A DNA stretch of 64,000 bases, taken from assembly GCA_949283535.1 (NCBI GenBank), contig CASDTC010000004.1, forward strand, positions 4,579 through 68,578, given 5' to 3'. A program made the position numbers and the translations under genes. Under the pieces are notes generated by a model that did not search any database, was not told the origin of the DNA, and saw only the letters and a list, made by a program, of their open reading frames with translations. Within the stretch, counting starts at the first letter, position 1, and each line of letters opens with the position of its first letter. This document shows, one piece after another, positions 49,742 through 59,780 of this stretch. This stretch comes from an uncultured Pseudomonadota bacterium. GTDB lineage: Bacteria; Pseudomonadota; Alphaproteobacteria; Rs-D84.

Positions 49742-50079
49742 GATACCAAAAAATTTAGAACATTTGATGAAAAATAACAACCGAAAAAATCTGTTAAATA
49801 TGCATATTTTAAAATTTCATTAAAAAATTTAATGTTTTTTGAATTTTTTACTTGAAATTTTAAAAATTCGTCCTATATGTATATACAAACTTTGGTTCCC
49901 TGGTAACGGGGCGGGCTGCCGAAAGAATGGCAAGTCGGGGCATAATGGGTCACCAATATGTCTGAATGTACGCCGCAAATTGCTCTATTGCGACGAACCA
50001 ATCAAAAAAGAACATCGAAAACAATTGACTGTCCGACATATGTCGGTCGGGTCTGTTTGATTGCAAAGGAGGTATAAAA

Positions 50080-50829
50080 ATGAGTTTTAAATACACAATT
50101 CCGTACTTTTTAACCAGTGCGGCACTGTTATTTGGCACAGGTCATTCAATGGGTTCAAATGAAAAAACGGCGTCTGATTCTGCAAATACAGATACCGCAA
50201 AAGTCGTATTGAATACTAAACCAAAAACGATAAATTCAGTCGATACCACAGATGCAGATTTCTCGTTTGCAACAAATGATATTTTGGCACAATTGCCAAT
50301 TAATGCAGTTGCCCAAAAATATGATGTTGTATATACGCGCGCAAATGGGAACAAATTTAAACGCAGTGGTGGTACACGCGCATGGCGCAATAATAACCCA
50401 GGTTGCATACGATATTCGGATTTTGCCGCTGAACAGGGTGCAATTGGCAAGGCTGGTGGATTTGCCGTATTCCCAGACGAAGAAACAGGTCGGCGTGCAA
50501 TTGCAGAATTGTTAAAGTCTGATAAATATTGCAATTTATCAATTGGTCAGGCAATAACTAAATATGCACCACCACATGAAAATGACACACAAAGTTATAA
50601 AAATCGTCTGCGCAGAATGACGGGGCTGGATATAAATAAAAAAATTCGTGATTTGACCGCAGAACAAATCGACAAGGTTGTCAACGCAATTTGTATTGTC
50701 GAAGGCTGGCGTGAAGGATATGAAATCGCAATCACACCAACGAAAAGCTCTTTACATGATGACACAATGCAAAATTATGCCATGGCGCAAAATATAAAAA
50801 TAAACCAAATGCGTCAACGCAGTCGATAA
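50080..50829 (+). CDS. secreted protein with a conserved C-terminal domain of unknown function (GGTRAWRNNNPGCIRY)
   Basis: Signal peptide. Residues about 100-210 are paralogous to the C-terminus of the gene at 52532-53590. RBS aaggagg. Confidence 0.5.
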   Translation: MSFKYTIPYFLTSAALLFGTGHSMGSNEKTASDSANTDTAKVVLNTKPKTINSVDTTDADFSFATNDILAQLPINAVAQKYDVVYTRANGNKFKRSGGTRAWRNNNPGCIRYSDFAAEQGAIGKAGGFAVFPDEETGRRAIAELLKSDKYCNLSIGQAITKYAPPHENDTQSYKNRLRRMTGLDINKKIRDLTAEQIDKVVNAICIVEGWREGYEIAITPTKSSLHDDTMQNYAMAQNIKINQMRQRSR

Positions 50830-50854
50830 AAAACGCGCATAATGCGCGTTTTTT

Positions 50855-51130
50855 TTAACTAATTTTGTTTTTAATTTCACGAATTCGTGCCAATATTTCA
50901 CGCAACTGTTCGTCCGTGATTGATGGGACGGGTCGATTGCGAACCTCGTCCGCAAGAACAATGCACAATGTTGCCAACAATGCATTTTCAGGCAATGGTC
51001 CAATTTTGTCCAATATTTCACGCGCGCGCGCATCAACCATTTTCCCCAATTCAATCAAACGCGATTCTTGACCATCTTCACAGCCCATCGGGTAATTTTT
51101 ATTAACAATTGGTATTGATACGACACTCAT
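50855..51130 (-). CDS. zapA: cell division protein ZapA
   Basis: VSIPIVNKNYPMGCEDGQESRLIELGKMVDARAREILDKI fits the ZapA family. Start overlaps the upstream ZauP-like gene. Confidence 0.55.
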   Translation of the reverse strand: MSVVSIPIVNKNYPMGCEDGQESRLIELGKMVDARAREILDKIGPLPENALLATLCIVLADEVRNRPVPSITDEQLREILARIREIKNKIS

Positions 51131-51336
51131 TTCAATTTCTTTAATATTGATATAGATTTATTTATCATTTCTGCGGCGCGATTATTCCGTTCACGCAGAT
51201 TTTTTACCTGTTCGGTTAAAATCGCCACCTCTAAATCCGTTTGACGACCCGCATTTACCGCCGTCGAACGCAAACGCGTGGCGGCATCTTCCAATGCGGT
51301 TAGCTCTTGAAATATTTGCTGTTTTATATCAGACAT
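51127..51336 (-). CDS. small coiled-coil ZapA-associated protein (ZauP/ZapB-like)
   Basis: 69-aa coiled coil directly upstream of zapA, an arrangement typical of alphaproteobacteria. Confidence 0.4.
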   Translation of the reverse strand: MSDIKQQIFQELTALEDAATRLRSTAVNAGRQTDLEVAILTEQVKNLRERNNRAAEMINKSISILKKLK

Positions 51337-51417
51337 ATTTACAGTTTAAGATATTTTTTGCATGCGTTCAACAGCAAAATGTGATATAATGACGGCATCA
51401 GTGGGGGATTTTATTCG

Positions 51418-52512
51418 ATGAAAACAAAAATCATTTATATTTCTGGCAATGAATTATTTAAAATGTCTGATATTCGCGCCGCTTTTGAAGAGGTTCGAAA
51501 CACATTAAACCTGGGGCGGGACACCGTATTGTTTGGCGTGCCAATTGATAACGATGATGCGATGTTAAGTTCTGATGACAATACAATAAATGCAAATAAT
51601 CCAGATAATGCAGAAGTGCCGGAAATTATCCAAACCGAAAAAATCCCAACAAATGAATTTATTTCTGATACAGAAGAAATTGTATCCACAACGCCAGATG
51701 AAACATCCGATATTATTGATACGGTCGCAACCGAAGAAATTATAACAGCTGATGTCGTGGAACCCGCACCTAAAAAAACGCGCGGTCGGCGCAAGGCGGT
51801 TAATTCGGCAAAAATTAATACGAATGCAACATCTGGTATATATGAACAAGAACAATCTGTATCAAATACAAATGATGTGGCACAGGAACCTGGGACAGAA
51901 AAAATAATTCCGATATTATCGGTGCTGGCTGTAAATAAAGAAGCAGATATTGCGGCGGATGATTCTGGTAATAATAAACAAGAACAAATCATTAACCAGG
52001 ATATTGCAGATGATGATACACCAATAATTGATGATATTGATGTTAGTACAGAACTGGCAACGCCATCTGATGATACAAATTCTGATGCGCAAATGGCAAC
52101 AACAACCATTGCCGATATGATAAATGATGACGCACCCAGTGCACCAGTAGAAAAAACACTGGAACAATTGCTAGAAAGCATGGCGCCACTGCGCGAAGAT
52201 GCAATTGACGATACCACAATTACAGAAATGGACACTGAACAAATTGACATTGTTGAAACATCTGATGAAACGGATGCAACATTGGAACAACTGGCGGCAG
52301 AATTTGCAGAAAATCAAGACAAAATCCCAACAGAATCAAAACCAGAATCACACAGCAAAATTGGTAAATTAAAAAATATTTTACCATTTAAAAAGGTTAA
52401 ACGCGAAGAAAACGGGATAATGGGTGATTTGTTCGGATGGGCGGGGATTGCCGCAAATGATGATGATTTTTCCATTCCTGGATTCTTTACAAACGCCGCA
52501 TCTAAAAAATAG
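51418..52512 (+). CDS. acidic low-complexity hypothetical protein
   Basis: 364 aa, Asp/Glu/Thr/Ile-rich. RBS ggggatttt. Confidence 0.45.
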   Translation: MKTKIIYISGNELFKMSDIRAAFEEVRNTLNLGRDTVLFGVPIDNDDAMLSSDDNTINANNPDNAEVPEIIQTEKIPTNEFISDTEEIVSTTPDETSDIIDTVATEEIITADVVEPAPKKTRGRRKAVNSAKINTNATSGIYEQEQSVSNTNDVAQEPGTEKIIPILSVLAVNKEADIAADDSGNNKQEQIINQDIADDDTPIIDDIDVSTELATPSDDTNSDAQMATTTIADMINDDAPSAPVEKTLEQLLESMAPLREDAIDDTTITEMDTEQIDIVETSDETDATLEQLAAEFAENQDKIPTESKPESHSKIGKLKNILPFKKVKREENGIMGDLFGWAGIAANDDDFSIPGFFTNAASKK

Positions 52513-52531
52513 GCGTTAAAAATGATGCGCA

Positions 52532-53590
52532 ATGAATACAGATACAATTCTTAGATTGTTGCAAAATTCCGGTTTCCATGTATTGGGAATGGATGATGCA
52601 TATTTGTATCTGGAAGATCCGTCATGTATTTTACGCAGTTTTGAAACTTTTATTGAATATGCATGGATTGCAATTGTATGCATAACAGGATTATTTTTAT
52701 TCGGGTGGGCAATATCGTTAATACGCGGCGCAAAAGCTGACTATTTTACAAATCTTCGTAATTTAATAATTATGTTGGGGACCGTGTCTGCGGTTGTGCC
52801 GATTGTTAATACGATCTGGGGTGATGATTTGTTTGCGCGCGGTTGTCGCACAATCCAGGTTTCGTTTGATGAATTAAATAAATTACTGGATGCGCGCAAA
52901 CAGGAATTGGGTGATGGGGACGAATATAACCTGTATGAAGAATATGATATATATGATTCTGGGGTGTCATATTCTGATGCCCCGCTGGCTGGGGCTGGTG
53001 AACCAGCAGATGTTGATATAATTGTCAGTCCAGACGATAATACAATCCGTCAACCGAAAAATACAGATTCACCCAACCGCCCCACCCCAATTTCCCATGA
53101 ACTGGAAAGACCACAACAATCTGGACGGGCATCAACATCATCACGCCGTCCGGCACGCGCACGCGCCGCATCAAATGATGTTATATATACAAATGCAGAC
53201 GGCACAACATACCGGCATACGGGTGGCACACGCGCATGGCGTAATAATAACCCTGGCAATATCAGATATTCTGAATTTTCACGCAGAATGGGCGCGATTG
53301 GTGAAGCAGGCGGTTTCGCGGTATTTCCAGACGAAGAAACAGGCATGCGCGCAATCAGCACATTATTACGCAGCGACAGTTATAACAAATTGACCGTGGC
53401 GGGTGCAATCAGTCGCTATGCCCCGCCAACCGAAAATAATACAGCCGCGTACCACAGACAGATAGAAAAACTGACGGGGCTATCTATTAACCGCAGAATG
53501 AATGATTTAACTGATGCGGAACTGGCACGCGTGGCGGGCGCAATTCGACAAATCGAAGGATGGAAAGTCGGTCGTGTTATCAGTGGATAA
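52532..53590 (+). CDS. membrane protein with a C-terminal GGTRAWRNNNPGNIRY domain (paralog of the gene at 50080-50829)
   Basis: Two TM helices near the N-terminus. The last about 130 aa are roughly 60% identical to the other copy. Confidence 0.5.
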   Translation: MNTDTILRLLQNSGFHVLGMDDAYLYLEDPSCILRSFETFIEYAWIAIVCITGLFLFGWAISLIRGAKADYFTNLRNLIIMLGTVSAVVPIVNTIWGDDLFARGCRTIQVSFDELNKLLDARKQELGDGDEYNLYEEYDIYDSGVSYSDAPLAGAGEPADVDIIVSPDDNTIRQPKNTDSPNRPTPISHELERPQQSGRASTSSRRPARARAASNDVIYTNADGTTYRHTGGTRAWRNNNPGNIRYSEFSRRMGAIGEAGGFAVFPDEETGMRAISTLLRSDSYNKLTVAGAISRYAPPTENNTAAYHRQIEKLTGLSINRRMNDLTDAELARVAGAIRQIEGWKVGRVISG

Positions 53591-53606
53591 ATCAAGGGGA
53601 ATAATT

Positions 53607-54239
53607 ATGAAAATTACAAATGAACGCGGCAATATCGCACTAAATATTTTACTGATTATTATGTTGGTTATCATTGCTGTGTTAATATATATTCTGGCGG
53701 GCGGTCAATTACCAAAATTTACAAAAACAGGCGGTGTTAATTCACCTGTTGCGCCAACACCAGACACCACACAAATGTTTTCACAATCTGGGGGAAGTTT
53801 TTCAGACGGGTTGGTTAATCCGGATTTTTCAGAACAGTATCAATTGGATGAATTCGGCGCCGGGATTTCAGAACGCGATATTTTCGACCGCGATATTGAT
53901 GGCGATGGATATCGTGATCGTATAACGCGTACACGCAATGAAAACGGTACGGCGCACTTTTATTATGAATATAAAATTGAATTAAATAAAAACGGCGATT
54001 TTATAGACATAACACCAGACGGATTCAGAACAACCGAAGGCGCAGAATGTGCATTAACAAAATTACAATTTGGATTTCAACCAGAATTTCGTGTTATAAA
54101 AATATCACGCGATTGGCAAGATTCATGGGATACCCCAACAATGGCAACGCGCACAATATATACATTTGAAAATCATAAAATTATACCAATTGAATCAAAA
54201 CCATTAAAATCAGTTTGCAATGTTGTGGATCTGTTTTAA
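53607..54239 (+). CDS. membrane-anchored hypothetical protein with a DxDxDG calcium-binding-like motif
   Basis: N-terminal TM segment. DRDIDGDGYRD motif. RBS aaggggaat. Confidence 0.45.
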   Translation: MKITNERGNIALNILLIIMLVIIAVLIYILAGGQLPKFTKTGGVNSPVAPTPDTTQMFSQSGGSFSDGLVNPDFSEQYQLDEFGAGISERDIFDRDIDGDGYRDRITRTRNENGTAHFYYEYKIELNKNGDFIDITPDGFRTTEGAECALTKLQFGFQPEFRVIKISRDWQDSWDTPTMATRTIYTFENHKIIPIESKPLKSVCNVVDLF

Positions 54240-54920
54240 TAAAAACATATTACGCGCCGAATAAACAATTCCACCAGATACAACATAATGATCATATAAT
54301 TCAATATCGAATTGCGCCAAAGCCTTTTCCACAGATTCTGTCATTTCAATGTCTGTGGTTGAAAAACTGGTATTTGGGGTCGGATGATTATGCATTAATA
54401 CAACCGAACGCGCACTTAAATCCAATGCCCGTTTTACAATATCACGCGTAAATACAGGTGTCCAATCAATCGTTCCAATTGAATGTAAATCATCGGCAAT
54501 CAAACGCATATTCATATCCAGGTACAGAACATGAAATTCTTCGACCGTTTTGCCAGACAATTTCAATATGCAATAATTTGTTAAAATTTGTTCATTATGA
54601 AATATTGGTTGTTCTGCTAATTTAAATTTACATCCCGTAATCATTAAATGACAAATGGCTTTTAAAAATATGGCGGTATTATATCCAATTCCCTTGAAAT
54701 TCTGTAAATCATCAATTGGCGCTGTTAAGATTTGATATATACTGCCAAAATGTGCAATTAAACCACGCGCCAATGGTCGAACATCACGCCGCGGAATTAC
54801 AAAACTAAGAATTAATTCCAGTAATTCATATTCCGCCAAATGACCGTCCAGAAATTTCTGGCGCAATCGCTGGCGATGACCCGCATGAAAATTTAAATCT
54901 GTTTTATCTGATTTCACCAC
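54210..54920 (-). CDS. radC: RadC-family JAB/MPN domain protein
   Basis: HhH N-terminal region. MPN-like motif VVLMHNHPTPNTSFSTTD. Confidence 0.7.
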   Translation of the reverse strand: MVKSDKTDLNFHAGHRQRLRQKFLDGHLAEYELLELILSFVIPRRDVRPLARGLIAHFGSIYQILTAPIDDLQNFKGIGYNTAIFLKAICHLMITGCKFKLAEQPIFHNEQILTNYCILKLSGKTVEEFHVLYLDMNMRLIADDLHSIGTIDWTPVFTRDIVKRALDLSARSVVLMHNHPTPNTSFSTTDIEMTESVEKALAQFDIELYDHYVVSGGIVYSARNMFLLKQIHNIAN

Positions 54921-54938
54921 GGCGCCCCGATAATTTAC

Positions 54939-55700
54939 CTATACCATCTTTTCTGTAAATATTATAACACCATCTTCGGTTATACCCAATGTATGTTCCC
55001 ATTGCGCCGACCAACCGCCATCAACCGTACGGGCGGTCCAACCATCTGGATCAATTTTGCATTCAGGTCGTCCCATGTTTATCATCGGTTCAATTGTGAA
55101 TACCAACCCGGGGACCATTTTTACATTATCCCAATGACGATCATAAAAATGATATATTTGTGGGTCATCATGCATGACAGTACCAATTCCATGTCCAACA
55201 AAATCACGCGATATTGAAAATCCATGTGGCAATACAACAGATTCAATTGTTTTTCCAATTTCTGACAATGGAACACCCGGCGCACAAATAGATATTGCCG
55301 CATTCAACGCATCTTGACATGTTTGAACCAATTCACGCGCACGCGGTGCAACATTGCCAATCATAAACATACGCGATGCATCGCCATGAAACCCTTTATA
55401 CTCTGCAGTTAAATCAACATTTACAATATCGCCATCTTTTAATATAACATCATCACTGGGGATACCATGAACAATAACATCATTTACGGATGTGCAAATA
55501 CTTTTTGGATAACCCTGGTATCCCAGATCTGATGAACGCGCGCCATTTGCATGTAAAAATTCTGCAACCATACGATCGATTTCACCGGTTGATATTCCTG
55601 CATGAATATGTGGCGTAATATAATCAAAACACCGGGCGACCAAGTCCCCAACAACACGCAATCTTTTAAAGTCTTTTGGTGCATAAACCGATGATAACAT
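54939..55700 (-). CDS. map: methionine aminopeptidase type I
   Basis: Metal ligands in VNVDLTAEYKGFHGD and HGIGTVMHD. 253 aa. Confidence 0.9.
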   Translation of the reverse strand: MLSSVYAPKDFKRLRVVGDLVARCFDYITPHIHAGISTGEIDRMVAEFLHANGARSSDLGYQGYPKSICTSVNDVIVHGIPSDDVILKDGDIVNVDLTAEYKGFHGDASRMFMIGNVAPRARELVQTCQDALNAAISICAPGVPLSEIGKTIESVVLPHGFSISRDFVGHGIGTVMHDDPQIYHFYDRHWDNVKMVPGLVFTIEPMINMGRPECKIDPDGWTARTVDGGWSAQWEHTLGITEDGVIIFTEKMV

Positions 55701-55703
55701 TTT

Positions 55704-56693
55704 TTAATTCCTTCTTTTAACAGCCATTTTTGCTGCACGCACTGCCAGCTTTAATGAAAAATCACGCAACAATATTTCCCCTGGCATGCCAGTGGTTCGC
55801 AATTGCCGTTCCAATTCGTTCAAGCGACGCAATACTGCAACGATTTCTGATTCAGACCATATTTTAATGGCTTGATTAAATTTTTCAGCGACTTTCCAAA
55901 ACAGCCGTGGCAATTGTCCATCGACAACTGCGGTTAACAATTTCTTGAAATGCATATCCAACATACGGACCAACATATTCGGATCGGTATTATCATATAA
56001 CAACCTGTCCAGTGCGGTCATTGTTTGCTGAATATGTCCCGCGGTTAAAGAATACAAATAATCATCAGTATTCGCCGCACCCGTATCTGGCAAGCATTTT
56101 TCAACATCATCCAATTCAACAATTTTTTTATCGTCAACATATAATGCAATTTTCGCCAAAAATCCACGCGTTATACCACGATCCCCACCCAGATGTGATG
56201 TCATATACGCCATTGCATCTGGGGTTATTTGCTGAATCCCCGCCGATGCAGACAATTCTTTGCGTATTAATGTGGCCAGCGATCGCGCATCATCGGTATA
56301 GCACGCCAATGCCGCCAGGTTATCCGAACCTTCGAATAATGAACGCAAACCGCCACCTGCACGCAAATCCCCCGCCGCAACGATTACCGTTGCACACAGT
56401 CCCGAATGATTTACCAAATCAGAAATATATTTTGCATCACCGTCTGTGGCGTTTGATATCATTACCATTTTACGTCCGCCAAACATTGATGGACTGCAAC
56501 TTTCGGCGAATAACGCATCTTGCTTTTCGCGCAATTCATCGGAATCCAACGCAAACAAATTATCTTTCTCTATTTCCAATTTTTCAACTGCACGATCACA
56601 ATATTCATCAACCTGACCCGCATCGGGACCATATATCAAGACCGCACGAATATTATTTATTCCGCTGTTAAAATCAGATTCTTTCCATTTCAT
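55704..56693 (-). CDS. holA: DNA polymerase III subunit delta
   Basis: 329 aa. N-terminus AVLIYGPDAGQV. Conserved position downstream of lptE. Confidence 0.8.
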   Translation of the reverse strand: MKWKESDFNSGINNIRAVLIYGPDAGQVDEYCDRAVEKLEIEKDNLFALDSDELREKQDALFAESCSPSMFGGRKMVMISNATDGDAKYISDLVNHSGLCATVIVAAGDLRAGGGLRSLFEGSDNLAALACYTDDARSLATLIRKELSASAGIQQITPDAMAYMTSHLGGDRGITRGFLAKIALYVDDKKIVELDDVEKCLPDTGAANTDDYLYSLTAGHIQQTMTALDRLLYDNTDPNMLVRMLDMHFKKLLTAVVDGQLPRLFWKVAEKFNQAIKIWSESEIVAVLRRLNELERQLRTTGMPGEILLRDFSLKLAVRAAKMAVKRRN

Positions 56694-57169
56694 TATTCTG
56701 TCGTATCGCCACTGTTTTCATAACGATATGTTTCCGCGATAACACGCGTGCCAATTTTATCCGCCAAAACACCAATTGTATTTGCAACCGCATTATTATA
56801 TGACGCATTTGCCGCAACCAAGTATCGCACAAATGTGTATGATTCTGATGCACTTTCCGAACCATGGGCGATTTCTGTATCACCCGCCCGTAATACATAA
56901 TGTGCGGTTAAAACAATTTCTTGCCATGTGGCATCGCCGGTGGATTCCAGTGCCTTGTATCGTGTTATTGGTGTTTGCAAATCCACTGTTAGTGTATATG
57001 TTGCGTCTGCATCACGCATACCGCCAAATTTAGCATTTAAACTGTTGCGTAAATCAATTCCATTTATACCGCTGATTGGCGCAACATATATGTCTGTATC
57101 GCGTTCTGTATACATCGGTTGAAAACCGCACGATGTCAAAAGAATTAAAGCAATCAAGTATTTTTTCAT
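56693..57169 (-). CDS. lptE: LPS-assembly lipoprotein LptE
   Basis: Lipobox LLTSCGFQP (compare E. coli CGWHLRG). 158 aa. Classic lptE-holA adjacency. Confidence 0.55.
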   Translation of the reverse strand: MKKYLIALILLTSCGFQPMYTERDTDIYVAPISGINGIDLRNSLNAKFGGMRDADATYTLTVDLQTPITRYKALESTGDATWQEIVLTAHYVLRAGDTEIAHGSESASESYTFVRYLVAANASYNNAVANTIGVLADKIGTRVIAETYRYENSGDTTE

Positions 57170-57263
57170 GTCTTATTCTGTTGTTTTTTATTGCGCAATC
57201 TGTTTTCCTATTGCATTTTATCCTTATATTACCTAGACTTTTAATAAATCGCAAGGGGGAATA

Positions 57264-58505
57264 ATGAATATTTTTATGATGATTTTAGTCGCGATATTTA
57301 TGGTCGGTTTTTATATGATCAGCAGCCCCAGTCAACGCGTGCAAGAACAAGAAACAGAATATGCAATAAATCGGTCTGATTTACGCGCAATTGCGCAATG
57401 TGCATCGGCGGCACATAATGCACAAATCAAGGGAACAACATTCCAGGATATTTGTATCGAACAAAATTCTGTGGTCAGTCAATATGTTTGTCTGAACAGC
57501 AGCAAGCGTATAACTGATTGCGAAATAACCCGCAATAAAAAGCCCACATACAGTTATATAATCACAACATCGGCACCATTGGATGCAAATAATTATAATA
57601 ATATGCTGGAAGTGCTGGAAGAAGACTTTCCAGACGCGGGTTCTTTTGGAATTTTTCTGGATGGGAAAATTATGGCGGGCGGTATGGCAAATGCGCGTTC
57701 TGTGCCAGATGCAATAATTGATGAACTGGGATTAACAAATGGCCAATTAATATATTTTACCCAATATGAAATACCAGATGAAGAAACCGTGTTTACCGCA
57801 GCTGTTCAGACAGATGTTATTTGCCCGGTTGGCACGGTTAAAACATATCGATTTGGACGCTGGCAATGTATTGGAATTAACACAAAAATGGATTGCGGTG
57901 GCGATATGATATGGGATTCAGAATTATTGCAATGCGTGGCAGACGAATCCAAAAAACCATTATGTGCAGAACAGCAAACCGCCGTACTGGTTGACAGCGT
58001 ATGGGAATGCGTAAATCCATTCCCTGAAAAAGCATGCCCAGATAATATGATTGCACGATTGAATTATACAACATTGGAATGGGAATGCGTTGCCGACCCC
58101 AATTTAACCCAAGATGTAAAGAAGTGTCAAACCGCATCATCTGGTGCGATATTTGGCGCAATTGGATCAACATTACGTGTGCCAACTGCATCGTCATGCA
58201 CTGATTGCGAATTAATGATTACAGATCCGGAAACATGTGCAACCGCATGCGTTCCCGATCCAACAAAAATAAATTCCCCAGAATGTTATCCAGGAAATCC
58301 GCGTGAATGCAATGATTCATCACATGCATTTTATTTTGGTTTTCCATCCGCGTCATATGCAGCAAATGTTTCTGAGATCCAGGGGCATACCGTACCATTC
58401 GATACAATGCATTCGCAAAATAGAAAGTTTAACTGTCTGGATTGTGGCGACGGTGAAATTGATTCCGAACGTTCAATTCCACCATACATTGCGATATGTA
58501 AATAA
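57264..58505 (+). CDS. membrane-anchored cysteine-rich hypothetical protein
   Basis: N-terminal signal anchor. About 30 Cys in the C-terminal half (CPVGT, CGGD, CTDC, CLDCGDG). RBS aagggggaata. Confidence 0.5.
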   Translation: MNIFMMILVAIFMVGFYMISSPSQRVQEQETEYAINRSDLRAIAQCASAAHNAQIKGTTFQDICIEQNSVVSQYVCLNSSKRITDCEITRNKKPTYSYIITTSAPLDANNYNNMLEVLEEDFPDAGSFGIFLDGKIMAGGMANARSVPDAIIDELGLTNGQLIYFTQYEIPDEETVFTAAVQTDVICPVGTVKTYRFGRWQCIGINTKMDCGGDMIWDSELLQCVADESKKPLCAEQQTAVLVDSVWECVNPFPEKACPDNMIARLNYTTLEWECVADPNLTQDVKKCQTASSGAIFGAIGSTLRVPTASSCTDCELMITDPETCATACVPDPTKINSPECYPGNPRECNDSSHAFYFGFPSASYAANVSEIQGHTVPFDTMHSQNRKFNCLDCGDGEIDSERSIPPYIAICK

Positions 58506-58530
58506 AAATGCGCCAATGGCGCATTTTTTA

Positions 58531-59412
58531 TTAACGGCTATGATCTTCGCATTGTTTTGCAATCAAATATTCATAATCCTTTAATGCCTGTTCATATGTG
58601 CTGGAATCATAATATGTTTTATTTTCAAGTATTATTTTTAAACTTTCAATCTGATTATCTATATGCGCATCATAATCATATTCTAATGATACAGATTGTG
58701 ATGTTTCGTTATTTTTATTTATCATAGAAGCAGATGTCGCAGAATTGTCAATATGCATTATTGTCGGTTGAAACAATACTGGATTGTTTTTTTCTGTATT
58801 CGTTTTAACTGGCGACTGTGTATCCATATAATAAAGATTATTAATTCTGGAAATAATACCCGCACGATATTGCTTTGTTTTATCTTTAAAATCATTTATA
58901 TTTTGTGTTGTAATAATTTTTATACAATCCCGCAAATGTGCCAACATCTTGTATTCACAATTAGAATGCCCATTTTCTAGTCTGATTGTTAAAATTTGAC
59001 CAATTATAGTATCATTCCATGCACCATTTGGATGCGCATTCAGGGTCATAAAACATGTTAAGTGATATCGGATTTTGGAAAATATTTCCATATTTTCTGG
59101 CGTTAATGCATGATTATTTGATGAATTACAAAAATGATACAGGCTGTTTTTACCCTTGAATCTAAATGGTGATACAGTACCAAATCGTACCGGATTATAT
59201 GACATTTCACGCCATAATGCATTACAAATTACATCGCCATCAATATGCCCAATATTAATATTAATAAACTCTATTGGCTTATCCCATTGCCATGATGTTT
59301 TGATTTGTCCAACAGAATTACTTAAACTGCGGGCTGTAAAATCGCCAAAATACGCCTTGCCAGTATTATATTTTAATATATTTTCAATTTGTTTATCGGT
59401 AAGTTTCGACAT
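58531..59412 (-). CDS. hypothetical protein encoded in an AT-rich region
   Basis: 293 aa from MSKLTDKQIEN. RBS agagg. Asn/Lys/Ile-rich. No homologs recognised. Confidence 0.4.
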   Translation of the reverse strand: MSKLTDKQIENILKYNTGKAYFGDFTARSLSNSVGQIKTSWQWDKPIEFININIGHIDGDVICNALWREMSYNPVRFGTVSPFRFKGKNSLYHFCNSSNNHALTPENMEIFSKIRYHLTCFMTLNAHPNGAWNDTIIGQILTIRLENGHSNCEYKMLAHLRDCIKIITTQNINDFKDKTKQYRAGIISRINNLYYMDTQSPVKTNTEKNNPVLFQPTIMHIDNSATSASMINKNNETSQSVSLEYDYDAHIDNQIESLKIILENKTYYDSSTYEQALKDYEYLIAKQCEDHSR

Positions 59413-59780
59413 GGACGCCTCTTTTTTAAAAAGATAACACAAAAAATTATTTTTGTCAATGTATTTTTGCAAATGCAACGGAATCGCCTTTCAATATATA
59501 GTTATCAACACACAATTTTATGTCCATATTTTGTATTTTTTGCATAAAAACGAATCATTTCATATGTAAAAAAATATTATTTTTTTACACAAAATGGTGT
59601 TTTGTATGTAATTTAATATGAATCGCATATTATCAGAGGCGCAGAAAATCCCACTTTTTAAAAGTAAAGGAAAAAATAAAAAAAATTTTTATTTTTATAT
59701 GTTGCCGAACACATATATATACTATATATTGTTATCAAATTTAGAAATTAACCACTATATATTGATATTGAGGTATAAAA

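Noticed and set aside
51435-52250. 271-aa Ser/Ile-rich minus-strand ORF
   Set aside because: It is antisense to the acidic low-complexity gene 51418-52512, which has the RBS and the sensible reading frame. It is a compositional artefact.
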